Of a DNA stretch of 64,000 nucleotides, positions 9,367 to 19,937 are shown piece after piece; positions within the stretch are counted from its first letter, which is position 1; the number at the start of each line of letters is the position of its first letter. This DNA is from an uncultured Bacteroidales bacterium. GTDB lineage: Bacteria > Bacteroidota > Bacteroidia > Bacteroidales > WCHB1-69. The stretch covers positions 41,442 through 105,441 of the forward strand of contig OMYJ01000015.1 in assembly GCA_900315245.1 (NCBI GenBank), in the 5' to 3' direction. The translations under genes were made by a program, and so were the position numbers. The notes under the pieces are model-generated. The model searched no databases. It worked only from the letters and a program-made list of their open reading frames with translations, and was not told where the DNA came from.

Positions 9367-10893
9367 ATGAATCCCATTTTTACCCTCAAGGATGTTGAAA
9401 AAATCGTTTACGGTGAAAAAAAGATAGCCTTTTCCGACCTTCCGATGGACAAGGTGGCGGAATGCTACGATTTTCTGAAGGATTTCAGCGCGGACAAGAT
9501 TATCTACGGCATCAACACCGGTTTCGGGCCGATGGCGCAATGGCGAGTTGATGACAACCATCTTACCGCTTTGCAATACAACATCATACGCAGCCACTCC
9601 ACAGGTGCGGGCGAACCGCTGCCCGACGAGTGCGTGAAAGCAGCCATGGTGGCCCGCCTCGGAACATTCCTTCAAGCCCGCTCCGGGGTGCATCCCGACT
9701 TGGTGAAGCTGCTCGTGGAGATGATCAATCGCGACATTCTCCCGATGATTCCCTGTCACGGCAGTGTGGGGGCCAGCGGCGACCTTGTGCAGCTGGCGCA
9801 CCTCGCTCTTGCAATGATCGGGGAGGGACGCGTCCACTATCACGGAGAGTGGCGACCCGCGGCGGAAGTGCTGAAAGAGAATGGGTTAGAACCGTTCAAG
9901 ATCCATATTCGCGAAGGCCTCTCCATCACCAACGGTACCGGCGTGATGACCGGAGTGGCGATGGTCAACCAGTTCCAGGCTGAGCAACTTCTCGATTGGG
10001 CGACGCTTGCCGCCGTGATGATGAACGAGATTGCCGGCTCCTTCGATGACTTGATGGCAGAGCCCCTCAATGCGGTGCGCCGCCACGAGGGACAGCAGAT
10101 TATCGCAGCCCGTATGCGCACGCTCGCCCGCGATAGCCAATGTCTGCAACAACGTGAACACCAGCTCTATAACGGAAACCATACCGAAACAACCTTCGAC
10201 CATAAGGTGCAGCCTTACTACTCGTTGCGTTGCGTGCCGCAAATCCTTGGCCCGATATATGAAACGCTAACCAATTGCCGTCGTGTGCTTGAGGAGGAGG
10301 TCAATTCCGCTTGCGACAACCCGATTGTCGATCCGGAGACCCGCAACGTCTATCACGGAGGCAACTTCCATGGCGACTACATCTCGCTGGAGCAAGACAA
10401 GGTGAAGATTGCGATGGTGCGTTTGGTGATGACTGCCGAGCGGCAGCTCAACTACCTTTTCCATGACCGCATCAACGGCATCCTGCCGCCGTTCCTCAAT
10501 ATGGGCACGCTGGGCTTGAACTACGGAATGCAGGCCTGCCAGTTCACTGCCACCTCCACCACAGCCGAATGCCAGACGTTGGCTATGCCCAACTACGTGC
10601 ATAGCATCCCGAACAACAATGATAATCAGGATATTGTGAGCATGGGTACCAACACTGCACTGCTCACCCGCAAGGTGATAGAAAATGTATGGCAGGTGCT
10701 GTCTATCCAGTATATAGCCCTCGCCCAAGCTGTTGACTGTCTGAATATTGCCGACAAACTTGCACCGATTTCACGGCAGGTCTATCGCCAGATCCGCGAA
10801 ATCTGTCCGGTGTTTGTGGAAGACACTCCGTTTTACGAAGACTTTCGTAATGTGGAGGCATTCTTGCGGAAACAACAGCTGAAACTGTATTAA
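9367..10893 (+). CDS. Aromatic amino acid ammonia-lyase (MIO), Bacteroidetes tyrosine ammonia-lyase-like
   Basis: YGINTGFG, GASGD (MIO), YSLRCVPQILG, GGNFHG and NQDIVSMG; by recall closely resembles the Flavobacterium flexirubin-pathway TAL. Confidence 0.85.
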   Translation: MNPIFTLKDVEKIVYGEKKIAFSDLPMDKVAECYDFLKDFSADKIIYGINTGFGPMAQWRVDDNHLTALQYNIIRSHSTGAGEPLPDECVKAAMVARLGTFLQARSGVHPDLVKLLVEMINRDILPMIPCHGSVGASGDLVQLAHLALAMIGEGRVHYHGEWRPAAEVLKENGLEPFKIHIREGLSITNGTGVMTGVAMVNQFQAEQLLDWATLAAVMMNEIAGSFDDLMAEPLNAVRRHEGQQIIAARMRTLARDSQCLQQREHQLYNGNHTETTFDHKVQPYYSLRCVPQILGPIYETLTNCRRVLEEEVNSACDNPIVDPETRNVYHGGNFHGDYISLEQDKVKIAMVRLVMTAERQLNYLFHDRINGILPPFLNMGTLGLNYGMQACQFTATSTTAECQTLAMPNYVHSIPNNNDNQDIVSMGTNTALLTRKVIENVWQVLSIQYIALAQAVDCLNIADKLAPISRQVYRQIREICPVFVEDTPFYEDFRNVEAFLRKQQLKLY

Positions 10894-10947
10894 GTCAATA
10901 GAATATCGTCAGGACAAGGCGCTGCAAAATTTAACAGGCGATGTGGC

Positions 10948-13059
10948 TCACGCGTAACTGTGCATCCCTCCAAGCAGAAAATTCACCCCGAAATAAGTGA
11001 TCAACACGCTCAGAAAGGCCAAAATGCCGTAGATGTGGAAAAACATCGGTTTCTGGAACGATTTCCAGACCGAGTTGTGCAACGGGGCGGCGTAAACCAG
11101 CAGGGTGATGAGCGCCCACACCTCTTTCGGATCCCACGACCAGTAGTTACCCCACGAGATGTTGGCCCACACCGCACCGATGAATATACCCGCGGCGAGC
11201 AGCGCGACGGCAGGGTAGAGCATGATCGTGCTTATGTCGCGCAAACGCTCCAGATATGCTTTGTTTTCGGGTTGCGTTATCCGCACGACCACCGCGCTGA
11301 TGCCGTTCAACATGACGAAGAACAGCAGTGCGTAGGCAATCATGATGACCGTGACGTGCAGGCTGAGCAGCGGCGATGTGAGTACTGGCATCAGGTGGGT
11401 GACCGGCGGGTTGGAGCCACCCATCATCTGCACCAGCAACGCAAAACCGGTCATCAGCAGTCCGGCAGGCAAAGCCATTTCGTATTTCCGTGCCATAATC
11501 AGCGTGATGATGCAGATGCTCAAGGCCAGGAGGTTCATGGAGTCGAAGCTGCCGGCCATCGGCACGTGTCCGCCAGCAATCCATCTCAGGATGAATACCA
11601 CAGCCAAGAAGAGACAAAGCAGTGACATCCAGCAGGTTGCGATAATACGGACGGGTTTGTGGAGCTTTCTTCCTTTTCCGAGGCAGATTAACGCCATCGC
11701 GAAACATATTAGTCCAAGGGTGATGGTCACCATGGCGAGCCATCGACCGGCCGAGAGACGGTTGTAGAGTCGCTCGGCACGATATTGCACCTTGGATTGT
11801 ACTTGTCCGAGGGCGTGCTTTTCCTGATAGATTTTGGTTTTTTCGAAGACTTCATTCAGCTCGTCGAAATTGCCCGTTACGGCATATTCTTTGCAAAGAC
11901 TCATCTGTTTACGGATGAAAAGGTACTCGTCATCAGGAATGTCCAAAGGTAGCTCGTCATTTTGGGAATACCAGGTCACTTGTCCGGCGCTGTCGGCATG
12001 GGGGAAGGTTTTCAGCAGTTGGGTGTTTTGCAACATGTTGATAATCTGCTTTTTCTCCTCGGCTTCGCGAATTTTGTTCCGTTTCAGGTCGCGCTCAATT
12101 CTGGGCGTCGGCTCGTTTTGCCATTCGTCGGTGTAGAAGAGCCAGCCGCTGAAGACCTGCTCCGGGGTGTATCCTTTGTAACGGGCACTGCCGTACAGCT
12201 TGGTGGTGAAGTCTTTGGCGAGGGTCTGCAGCGGGCAGACGCGGCCTTTGTACATCACGTACATCTGTCCCATCTTGTCGGCGCTCTCCCTCGGCAGGAC
12301 ACTCGGCTTGTCGGCGGCTCGTGCGGGCTGGGCGGCGCACAGCGTCACGAGGACCAGCAGCGCGGCGGCCTTGCCGGCGGTATTCCGCAAGAGTGTCCGG
12401 AACTGTCCGTTTCGCTCGACGAACAGCCCGATCAGGGCGATGAACAGCAGGATGTAGCCCGCGTATGTCACCCCGACGCCCCAGGGGTCGTGCGCGACGG
12501 ACAACACGGAGTTGCCTTCCTCGTCGTAGTCGCTCTGGTAAAAGCGGTAGTGGCGATGTTTCAGGATGTTGTTCATCGAGATTTTTGCGTCTGAGACTGT
12601 GCCGTTGTCGGAAATTTGTAGATAGCTCACGAAATCCATCGGCGTGCGGGTGCCTGGGTAGGTTTCCACCTCAAAACGGTTGAGGGTGAGCGAGAAGGGG
12701 AGTTTCGCATCGCGGGTGTCGCTGTGTTTGTCAATGGAGAAGCTGCTGACGGGTTTCCCAGGCGAAAGGGTCATCTCGCCGTGTTGTCCGGTGGTCATCG
12801 TTAGCAAGGCACCGAGCAGGATGAGCAGCACGGAGGAGTGCAGGGTACAGATGACTGGCCGTTGCCAGCTTTTGCGCGTGATCATCATGACCAGCATTCC
12901 GATGGCCAGCAATGCCCATAGGGCCACGAACCACCAGCTGCCATAGACGTGGTTCAGTGCGTATTCGTTGCCGTGGAATTTCTCCACGACGGAGCCCGCC
13001 GCCATTGCGACGATCAGGGTGATGAGGAGGGAGGAGAGGAGGTGACGGAGGGGTTTCAT
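10948..13059 (-). CDS. ccsA: Cytochrome c biogenesis protein, fused ResB/CcsB-CcsA type
   Basis: WWD-domain motif WANISWGNYWSWDPKEVWALIT, multiple TM segments, and an N-terminal ResB-like part (FYQSDYD, HDPWG). Confidence 0.85.
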   Translation of the reverse strand: MKPLRHLLSSLLITLIVAMAAGSVVEKFHGNEYALNHVYGSWWFVALWALLAIGMLVMMITRKSWQRPVICTLHSSVLLILLGALLTMTTGQHGEMTLSPGKPVSSFSIDKHSDTRDAKLPFSLTLNRFEVETYPGTRTPMDFVSYLQISDNGTVSDAKISMNNILKHRHYRFYQSDYDEEGNSVLSVAHDPWGVGVTYAGYILLFIALIGLFVERNGQFRTLLRNTAGKAAALLVLVTLCAAQPARAADKPSVLPRESADKMGQMYVMYKGRVCPLQTLAKDFTTKLYGSARYKGYTPEQVFSGWLFYTDEWQNEPTPRIERDLKRNKIREAEEKKQIINMLQNTQLLKTFPHADSAGQVTWYSQNDELPLDIPDDEYLFIRKQMSLCKEYAVTGNFDELNEVFEKTKIYQEKHALGQVQSKVQYRAERLYNRLSAGRWLAMVTITLGLICFAMALICLGKGRKLHKPVRIIATCWMSLLCLFLAVVFILRWIAGGHVPMAGSFDSMNLLALSICIITLIMARKYEMALPAGLLMTGFALLVQMMGGSNPPVTHLMPVLTSPLLSLHVTVIMIAYALLFFVMLNGISAVVVRITQPENKAYLERLRDISTIMLYPAVALLAAGIFIGAVWANISWGNYWSWDPKEVWALITLLVYAAPLHNSVWKSFQKPMFFHIYGILAFLSVLITYFGVNFLLGGMHSYA

Positions 13060-13061
13060 CT

Positions 13062-13176
<115 letters not shown>

Positions 13177-13193
13177 GAAAAAATAGGAAAAAT

Positions 13194-13221
13194 GTAGAGA
13201 CGCAATGCATTGCGTCTCTAC
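13194..13221. repeat. GTAG-type REP-like perfect palindrome
   Basis: GTAGAGACGCAATGCATTGCGTCTCTAC equals its own reverse complement. Confidence 0.85.
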
Positions 13222-13272
13222 GGTGATACTAACCTTGGGCTTCAATAACCAATAACCAACAACCCATAACCA

Positions 13273-14829
13273 TTAAATAGCATTAATGAACTTCACCACT
13301 GCGTCGCGGTCTTCTTTGCTGAGGTTACGGAATTTCTCGACGGTCCAGCGGGCGTCGCTTTGGGCGCTGCCGTGCCACATGATGGCCTCGATGACGTTGC
13401 GGGCGCGGCAGTCATGCAGACGGTCGCTGGAGCCGGTGCAGATGGCGGAGAGGCCGCGGCCCCAAAGCGGGGTGGTTCGGCACCAGCCCGTGCGGATGTC
13501 GTTCTTCATGCAAAGACGGTGCTGCACCATGTCGGTGTAAGGCCATATCTTCTGGTTGGGATAACGCGGCAGACGGCTGTCCCCCGTGGTGAAGAAGCCG
13601 TTGGGGTCGGTGAAGCGGTCGGGACCGGTGGTCCAGCTGGGACGGTGACAGGTGGCGCATCCGATTTCGCGGAAGATCTTGCGGCCCTTCTGCACCTCCT
13701 CGTCTTTGAGGTTACGGGCGGCGGGCACGGCCAAACCGCGGTGCCACACCATCAGGTTCACGTAATCGTCGTTGCTCATCTCAGCAGGCAGACTCTTGCC
13801 CATCAGATAGTTGTAGATGTCGGTCTCGGGATTGCCCGTGACATTGTATTCAGGGAAATAGGTGTAGAATTCGGCTTGCACCTGCGGGTCTTGCGAAGCC
13901 ACGCGGGCGTAGGTCTCGGTCATGTAGTGGTAGCGGCGGTCGCCACGGGTCACGTTGGTGATGTTCCAGATGGCGTTGGCGCCCGGACCGTCTTGCAGCG
14001 GACCGCGGGAGCAGGCGTAGGTGAAGCGCTTCGGATGGTTGGTCTTACCGTAAAGTCCTGTGGGTGCCCAGTCTGTGCCGGCCCACATCGCGGGGTTCAG
14101 GTTCGCGCCAGCCATCGATTCACGCAGGTATTGCGCCTTCAGCGAGTCGTCGGGGATGGCATCCAACAGTCCGGTACCATAGATGCCGATGGTTGATTCC
14201 AGGCGCACAATCTCGCTGCCGTATGGGATTTGCACTCCGTTGGATTCCAATGGGACGTAGTACGCCGAAGCGGGAATGTAAACTTCGGGATAAATCAGAC
14301 TGTAAGTCTCGCCGTCGGGGAAGCGGTTGCCCCATTCATCCACGTAGTCTAACCAGCTGATTTGGATTTGGCTCTCGTCAATGGGTGCCTTGAAGGGCGG
14401 CACGGCTTTGGTCTGCGGCATGCCCGTGAGCGAACTCACGTAGTTGTCGTTCTGGTCGGTGACCACCAGCAGGTAGCCGTTGCCCCAGTCACTGGCGGCA
14501 TAGCGGTCCATGCGTTTGCCATGGCCGTAGCCCGGGTGACAGGCGATGCAGGAGCTGCGGATGTAGAGCGGCCCCAGTCCATTGAACGGCGGCGTGTTGA
14601 TGTTGAAATCGCGCTCGAAGAGGTACTCGCCGTACTTGAACGCGGCGATGTCGGTGACCGCTGGGGCGGGGTCCTCGTAGGCGGACGACGAACTGTTGAA
14701 CGTTGTTCCCAGTTTTCCTCCGGCGTAAGTCTCTTCCTCAATCCAAGACATTTCGCCGTTTTCGGGTCTGTGGCAGCCCGCAAATAAGAATAATCCCAAA
14801 ATAATAATGATTGTCGTTATTTTTTCCAT
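13273..14829 (-). CDS. Di-heme oxidoreductase family (DUF1111-like) lipoprotein
   Basis: Two CxxCH heme motifs (CIACH, CATCH), GLGP, RTTPLWG and a lipobox (LFAGC). Confidence 0.8.
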   Translation of the reverse strand: MEKITTIIIILGLFLFAGCHRPENGEMSWIEEETYAGGKLGTTFNSSSSAYEDPAPAVTDIAAFKYGEYLFERDFNINTPPFNGLGPLYIRSSCIACHPGYGHGKRMDRYAASDWGNGYLLVVTDQNDNYVSSLTGMPQTKAVPPFKAPIDESQIQISWLDYVDEWGNRFPDGETYSLIYPEVYIPASAYYVPLESNGVQIPYGSEIVRLESTIGIYGTGLLDAIPDDSLKAQYLRESMAGANLNPAMWAGTDWAPTGLYGKTNHPKRFTYACSRGPLQDGPGANAIWNITNVTRGDRRYHYMTETYARVASQDPQVQAEFYTYFPEYNVTGNPETDIYNYLMGKSLPAEMSNDDYVNLMVWHRGLAVPAARNLKDEEVQKGRKIFREIGCATCHRPSWTTGPDRFTDPNGFFTTGDSRLPRYPNQKIWPYTDMVQHRLCMKNDIRTGWCRTTPLWGRGLSAICTGSSDRLHDCRARNVIEAIMWHGSAQSDARWTVEKFRNLSKEDRDAVVKFINAI

Positions 14830-14861
14830 AATTCAGCATTCATAATTCAACATTCATAATT
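14827..14861. repeat. Heptamer repeat CA(T/G/A)(A/C)ATT x5 filling the whole intergenic gap
   Basis: CATAATT CAGCATT CATAATT CAACATT CATAATT runs from the downstream start codon to the upstream stop codon. Confidence 0.85.
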
Positions 14862-16005
14862 ATTCCTCGTATGTTCTCAACGCATCATTCACCTTGGAGA
14901 GCACATCATCAAGGTTCTGGCAAGCCTCGATGGCTTCCCCATTAGCGGGGTTGGTGTAGTTCTGCACAAACGGGCGAGGCATGGCGTTGATCTTCTCCAA
15001 AGCGGTGTTTATGGCTTCTTCCACTTCGTTGTCGAGACCTTTGTCCATCTTCTTGACATAGGCGTGCAGGGAGAGCTTGTCATTGCGCTGGCCTTCGATG
15101 CCGCCGTAGTAGGCGTTCTGGATGCTGAGGATGTTATCGTAGAAGTCCTCAATGGATTTCTGGCTGTAAGGAGACTCGATGTAGTTGGCGTCTTCGCCGT
15201 TGTAGGGTTTGCCGATTTTGGAGGTGCCCACCTCGTCGGCGATGGTCTTGCAGCCATCGACGATGGCCATGAGGCCGCTCACGGAGCTGGCGTAGGTACT
15301 GCCGGGGTTGCCGGCCTTCTTGAGGTTGTCACCGTAGCTGTAGCTGCCTCCATTGACGGTGCTGTTGAGCTCCAGTTCCTCGACTTTGTCGCGGTGCGAC
15401 TTCGGAGCGGCGTCCCCGATCCAGCTCACCTCGAGCTGGAAGCAGCGGTTGCGCAGGTCGCCGGCCACGGCCACGGCATAGACCATCTGCGTCTCGGTGA
15501 TTTCGCTGGCATTGCGCACTTGCCCGTTATGGAAGAGGATGTACTCGATGCCGTGGAATCCGAGCAGGGCGTTGCCGAGCTGCTCGCCAGCTACCACATC
15601 ACCGTCCTCACCGGCCAAAACGGCCAGCATGTTCGGACTGCTCATCAGGTTGTTGAAGGCGTCCACGTCCAACGGCCATGAGTCGATGTGCGGGTCGATG
15701 CCGAAGTCGTTGGCGGCTCCGAAGAGGAAGGCTTCGCTCTTCTCCCACCAGGCGCGGGCGTTCAGGAAGGTCTCGCACACCTTGTTCAGGTCGCTCTGCG
15801 AATGGCTGTTCTGGAAGGTCTTCAACTCGTTGACCAGTTGGTCGGCGTAGTTGGCCAGGTTGGTGTACGTGGGCGCTACGGTGTGGTCCACATATTGTTC
15901 GATGACGGCGGCCTGCTTCTCGTTGACCAGCTCGCCGTTGTTGTGATTGCATCCCACGCTCAGGAATGCGATTGCCACCATGGTGGCGATGATTGATTTT
16001 TTCAT
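14860..16005 (-). CDS. Imelysin-like (peptidase M75/IrpA) iron-regulated lipoprotein
   Basis: Lipobox; GFHGIEYILF (GxHxxE) motif; IDSWP; ESPYS. Confidence 0.85.
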   Translation of the reverse strand: MKKSIIATMVAIAFLSVGCNHNNGELVNEKQAAVIEQYVDHTVAPTYTNLANYADQLVNELKTFQNSHSQSDLNKVCETFLNARAWWEKSEAFLFGAANDFGIDPHIDSWPLDVDAFNNLMSSPNMLAVLAGEDGDVVAGEQLGNALLGFHGIEYILFHNGQVRNASEITETQMVYAVAVAGDLRNRCFQLEVSWIGDAAPKSHRDKVEELELNSTVNGGSYSYGDNLKKAGNPGSTYASSVSGLMAIVDGCKTIADEVGTSKIGKPYNGEDANYIESPYSQKSIEDFYDNILSIQNAYYGGIEGQRNDKLSLHAYVKKMDKGLDNEVEEAINTALEKINAMPRPFVQNYTNPANGEAIEACQNLDDVLSKVNDALRTYEE

Positions 16006-16043
16006 ATTGTATTTGTTTTAGTTTGTTACTTGTTTCTTGTTTT

Positions 16044-16094
16044 CCAGGGTTCACTGCGTTCACCCTGGGTTAGCATAGATCGGGCTTTCAGCCC
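16044..16094. repeat. REP-like double hairpin (CCAGGG...CCCTGG + GGGCT-ttc-AGCCC)
   Basis: Two short inverted repeats in the intergenic gap. Confidence 0.55.
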
Positions 16095-16162
16095 TCTTTG
16101 GAATGATGATCAATATGTAGGAGTCATCCGTTCATTCATAATTCAGCATTCATAATTCAGCA

Positions 16163-17509
16163 TTACCCCTTCTTGTGGAACTCCTTGCTGAACATTCCAG
16201 CCCAAGTGATGCCGAGGGCGCACCAGGGCTCGGGGTTGTACTGCTCTTTCAGCAGCCGCACGCCGCCTTCGGCCTTGATGATGATCTCCTTGATGGGACT
16301 GTAGTTGAGGCCGCCGCTCACGCAATGACGGTCGCTCCAAGCGTAGTCGGTCATGTTGTGGCCGGGAATGTAGGAGTCGTAGTATTCGTAACGGGCGAAG
16401 ACGTAGAGCTTGTGACGGTCCATCTTCGGGTTTTTGTGATGATGGAAGACGTCGTAGCCGATCTCGCCGCCCGCGCTCCAAGCCGCCTGTCCTACAAGAG
16501 TCTGCGGGTAAGGAGCTTGCGAGCTGTGGGGTAGGGTGGAGTTATAGACGGAAATCAGCTCGCAGTCGCTGAGGTGGCCGTAGAGACCGCTGCCGCGCAG
16601 CACGAATCCGCCGGTCTTGTAGCTGAAGTCTAAACCGCCGATGACCACCGTGCCGCGCACGTCTGCGTAACGCGAGGAGCTCTCGTCGGTGATGATGTCG
16701 TTGCGGAAGGTGTTGCCCACGAAGCCGCTGACGCCGATGTGCAGACCTTTGACGCTGTAGTTATCGACACGGGCGGCCACGGCCAACTTGTTGGCGACGC
16801 GGAACTCGTAAGGAGAGGCGGAACCGTCGTGCGCCCAGCCGGAAACGCTGAACATGCTGGAGTTGAGCGACGGGATGAGCATCACGTCGTAACGCCAGCC
16901 CTTGATGCGGCCCCACACCTCGATGCCGGTCTCGTGCCATGTGCAGGGAAGGATGGTGTTCTCGCCCTCGGGACGATAGACCCCGAAGAACTCGTTGGGC
17001 AGGTGGGCGTTGTTGGTCCCCCCGACCGGCACGACGATGTGACCGGCGCGGATGTTCATCTTCCCGTCCCAGAAGGCCTTCTGTAACCAGAACTGCTCCA
17101 GGGCGACCTCGCCGCCGCGCTCGATCTCCTTCTCGAACTCGCCGGTCTCCTCTGCCTCCACCTCCACGGCCGACTCGGTGCCGCCGTGCTCGAACTCAAT
17201 CTCCGTGTTGAAGCTCCAGCCGTGACCGAAATCATAACCTAACATGATGACGGCGTGCGGCAAATCCACGCGCCCGTGACCTTTGGAGTCGGCATAGTTG
17301 GCTGCGTGGGAGTAACGGAAAACGTTGTCGCTGAAGAAATTGTATTTATAGACGGCCTCGCCGTAACCACCAATGGTGAGCGTGCCGAGCGATTTTCCTT
17401 TGCTGGCCGACGATTCCTTGATGTTCGCCGTGTCATTCTGCTGAGCCACAACTGTCTGTAGCGCAAATAATAATAAAACCGAAAGGGTAAATGATAGCCT
17501 TTTATACAT
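16163..17509 (-). CDS. Outer-membrane porin (OprO/P-like) of imelysin iron-uptake operons
   Basis: Signal peptide; GGYGEAVY, LGYDF..GWSFNTEIEFEHGG and LEQFW motifs; amphipathic beta-strands. Confidence 0.7.
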   Translation of the reverse strand: MYKRLSFTLSVLLLFALQTVVAQQNDTANIKESSASKGKSLGTLTIGGYGEAVYKYNFFSDNVFRYSHAANYADSKGHGRVDLPHAVIMLGYDFGHGWSFNTEIEFEHGGTESAVEVEAEETGEFEKEIERGGEVALEQFWLQKAFWDGKMNIRAGHIVVPVGGTNNAHLPNEFFGVYRPEGENTILPCTWHETGIEVWGRIKGWRYDVMLIPSLNSSMFSVSGWAHDGSASPYEFRVANKLAVAARVDNYSVKGLHIGVSGFVGNTFRNDIITDESSSRYADVRGTVVIGGLDFSYKTGGFVLRGSGLYGHLSDCELISVYNSTLPHSSQAPYPQTLVGQAAWSAGGEIGYDVFHHHKNPKMDRHKLYVFARYEYYDSYIPGHNMTDYAWSDRHCVSGGLNYSPIKEIIIKAEGGVRLLKEQYNPEPWCALGITWAGMFSKEFHKKG

Positions 17510-17721
17510 AACGTATCTTTTGATGTCGCAAAAGTGTTAAAACCACCACGATGGCAACATCACCAAAAATGGTGATATTTTGCCGGAATGTTAATAAGAA
17601 ATAAGTATAGGCAACTCACTCAACTTTTTTCGTATTTTTGCCGCCTGAAAATAATCCTAGAGACATCCCGTTTGGGACAAGAACTCTGATATTTTAGGAA
17701 ACATTAATTTTGAATTGTAAT

Positions 17722-18450
17722 ATGAAATACGCATTAATAACCGGAGGCTCCCGCGGCATCGGACGAGCTGTGGCCATGCGCCTTTCCCGCGACGGGATGC
17801 CCGTCATCGTCAATTATGTGAGCAACGATGCCGCTGCTGAAGAGACGAAGCAAATGATTGAGAATCAAGGTGGTGTGTGCGAATTGCTGAAGTTTGACAT
17901 CGCCGATGCAGTAGCCGTTGATGCCGCGTTGCAGCAGTGGGAGGAGTCGCACCCCGATGACTATATCGCTGTTTTGGTCAACAACGCGGGCACGCGCCGC
18001 GACAATCTGATGATCATGATGGGCGACGACGACTGGCACAGTGTCATTGACACGCCGTTGAACGGCTTTTTCTACATCACGCGCCGCTTGGTGCGGACGA
18101 TGATCCAGAAGCGTGACGGCCGTATCGTCAACATGGCTTCGCTTTCTGGTCTTAAGGGTGTCCCCGGACAGACCAACTACAGTGCCGCCAAGGCCGCCAT
18201 CATCGGTGCGACCAAGGCGTTGGCACAGGAGGTCGCCAAGCGCAAAGTGACGGTCAACGCTGTGGCTCCCGGTTTCATTGCCACCGACATGACTGCGAAT
18301 TTAGACGAGGCCACGTTGAGCAAGATGATTCCGGCGCAGCGTTTCGGCACCCCCGACGAGGTGGCCGCCGCTGTCGCTTTCCTCGCCTCGCCAGATGCTT
18401 CGTACATCACGGGGCAGGTGATTCAGGTGAACGGAGGACTATACAGTTAG
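17722..18450 (+). CDS. fabG: 3-oxoacyl-ACP reductase
   Basis: TGGSRGIG, NNAG, YSAAK and NAVAPGFIATDMT. Confidence 0.9.
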   Translation: MKYALITGGSRGIGRAVAMRLSRDGMPVIVNYVSNDAAAEETKQMIENQGGVCELLKFDIADAVAVDAALQQWEESHPDDYIAVLVNNAGTRRDNLMIMMGDDDWHSVIDTPLNGFFYITRRLVRTMIQKRDGRIVNMASLSGLKGVPGQTNYSAAKAAIIGATKALAQEVAKRKVTVNAVAPGFIATDMTANLDEATLSKMIPAQRFGTPDEVAAAVAFLASPDASYITGQVIQVNGGLYS

Positions 18451-18614
18451 TAGTTAGCAGTTAGCAGTTAAAAGATAACGGGACTTCCTCCATAATTATG
18501 AAATTTCTTCCTTGAGCAGCCCCGTCAGGGGCAAAAGCTCGGTAGAGGTTCGGATGGTGATGAAATTGCAATGAAATGACGATGAATGAAACGATGAAAA
18601 ACGATGAATGTGAT

Positions 18615-19862
18615 ATGATGAAGGTTAAACGTGTAGTTATCACCGGAATGGGAATATGGTCGTGTATCGGCACGACGAAAGAAGAAGTGGCTGAATCATT
18701 GCGCGCAGGACGTGTGGGCATCGGCAACGATCCCGACAGATTAGCCTACGGTTATCAGTCTGATCTTACGGGTATTGTGCCTGAACCAGAGTTGAGGCCG
18801 TTGTTACACAGACGATTGCGGGCCGGATTGTCGCAGGAGGCGGCTTACGCCTTCATGGCCTCCAAGGAAGCCTTTGAACAGGCGGGCATGGATGAGGAAT
18901 ACCTTCTTCGCAACGAAGTGGGTGTCATCTTCGGCAACGACTCCTCCTCGAAGCCGGTGATTGAGACGGACCGGATGCTGGTGCAGCGTCCTGACACGGC
19001 ACTGTTAGGCTCTGGACTCATCTTCCAGTCAATGAATTCCACAGTGAACATGAACCTGAGCAGCATTTTCCACTTGCGTGGTGTCAACTTCACGGTGAGT
19101 GCAGCGTGCGCCAGTGGCAGTCACTCAGTGGGTCTTGGCTATCTGCTCATCAAGCAGGGATTACAGGATACGGTGCTGTGTGGCGGCGCCCAGGAGGTCA
19201 ATCAATTCGCGATGGCCTCTTTTGACGCGTTGGGGGCTTTCTCCAAGAGGGTCGGGGAACCGTTGCGTGCGGCGCGACCTTTTGACCGCGACCGTGACGG
19301 ACTTGTACCCAGCGGCGGCGCGGCTGCTTTAGTGCTGGAAGATTATGACCACGCGGTGCAGCGTGGCGCGGCCATCCTCGCGGAGGTCGCTGGCTACGGA
19401 TTCTCCTCCAACGGCGGAGGCATCTCGCAACCTTCCGATGACGGCAGTTACACTGCCATGATGCGGGCCATGGAGATGGCGGGTGTCACCTCGTCTGACA
19501 TTGACTACGTGAACGCCCACGCCACGGGCACACCCCAGGGCGACACTTTCGAAGCCCTCGCATTAGACCGCATCTTCCACGGACAACGCGCCCTCATCAG
19601 CTCCACCAAAGGTATGACGGGGCATGAGTGTTGGATGGCCGGCGCCAGCGAGCTCGTTTATTGCACCCTCATGATGCAGCACGGTTTTGTGGCTCCGAAT
19701 GTCAATTTCGAGAATCCCGACGAGGCTTCCGCCCCGCTGAACATCGCCACGAAAACCGTGGAGATGCCGCTGAACATCGTCCTCAGCAACAGCTTCGGCT
19801 TCGGAGGAACGAACTCGGCGGTGCTCCTTCGTAGGGGCGAATTCCTTCGTAAGGGCGAATAA
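18615..19862 (+). CDS. Beta-ketoacyl-ACP synthase (KAS I/II-like, aryl polyene type)
   Basis: Catalytic SAACASG, NAHATGT and KGMTGHE; SNSFGFGG. Confidence 0.9.
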   Translation: MMKVKRVVITGMGIWSCIGTTKEEVAESLRAGRVGIGNDPDRLAYGYQSDLTGIVPEPELRPLLHRRLRAGLSQEAAYAFMASKEAFEQAGMDEEYLLRNEVGVIFGNDSSSKPVIETDRMLVQRPDTALLGSGLIFQSMNSTVNMNLSSIFHLRGVNFTVSAACASGSHSVGLGYLLIKQGLQDTVLCGGAQEVNQFAMASFDALGAFSKRVGEPLRAARPFDRDRDGLVPSGGAAALVLEDYDHAVQRGAAILAEVAGYGFSSNGGGISQPSDDGSYTAMMRAMEMAGVTSSDIDYVNAHATGTPQGDTFEALALDRIFHGQRALISSTKGMTGHECWMAGASELVYCTLMMQHGFVAPNVNFENPDEASAPLNIATKTVEMPLNIVLSNSFGFGGTNSAVLLRRGEFLRKGE

Positions 19863-19876
19863 TTATTCGCCCCTAC
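19831..19876. repeat. GTAG-type REP with partial duplication overlapping the KS 3' end
   Basis: GTAAGGGCGAATAATTATTCGCCCCTAC (19849-19876), preceded by an 18-bp duplicate containing GTAGGGGCGAAT. Confidence 0.75.
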
Positions 19877-19937
19877 TTCTAACCCTTTAACCTTTTAACC
19901 TCCTAACCCTTTAACCTTCAAATCCCTTAAACCAATA

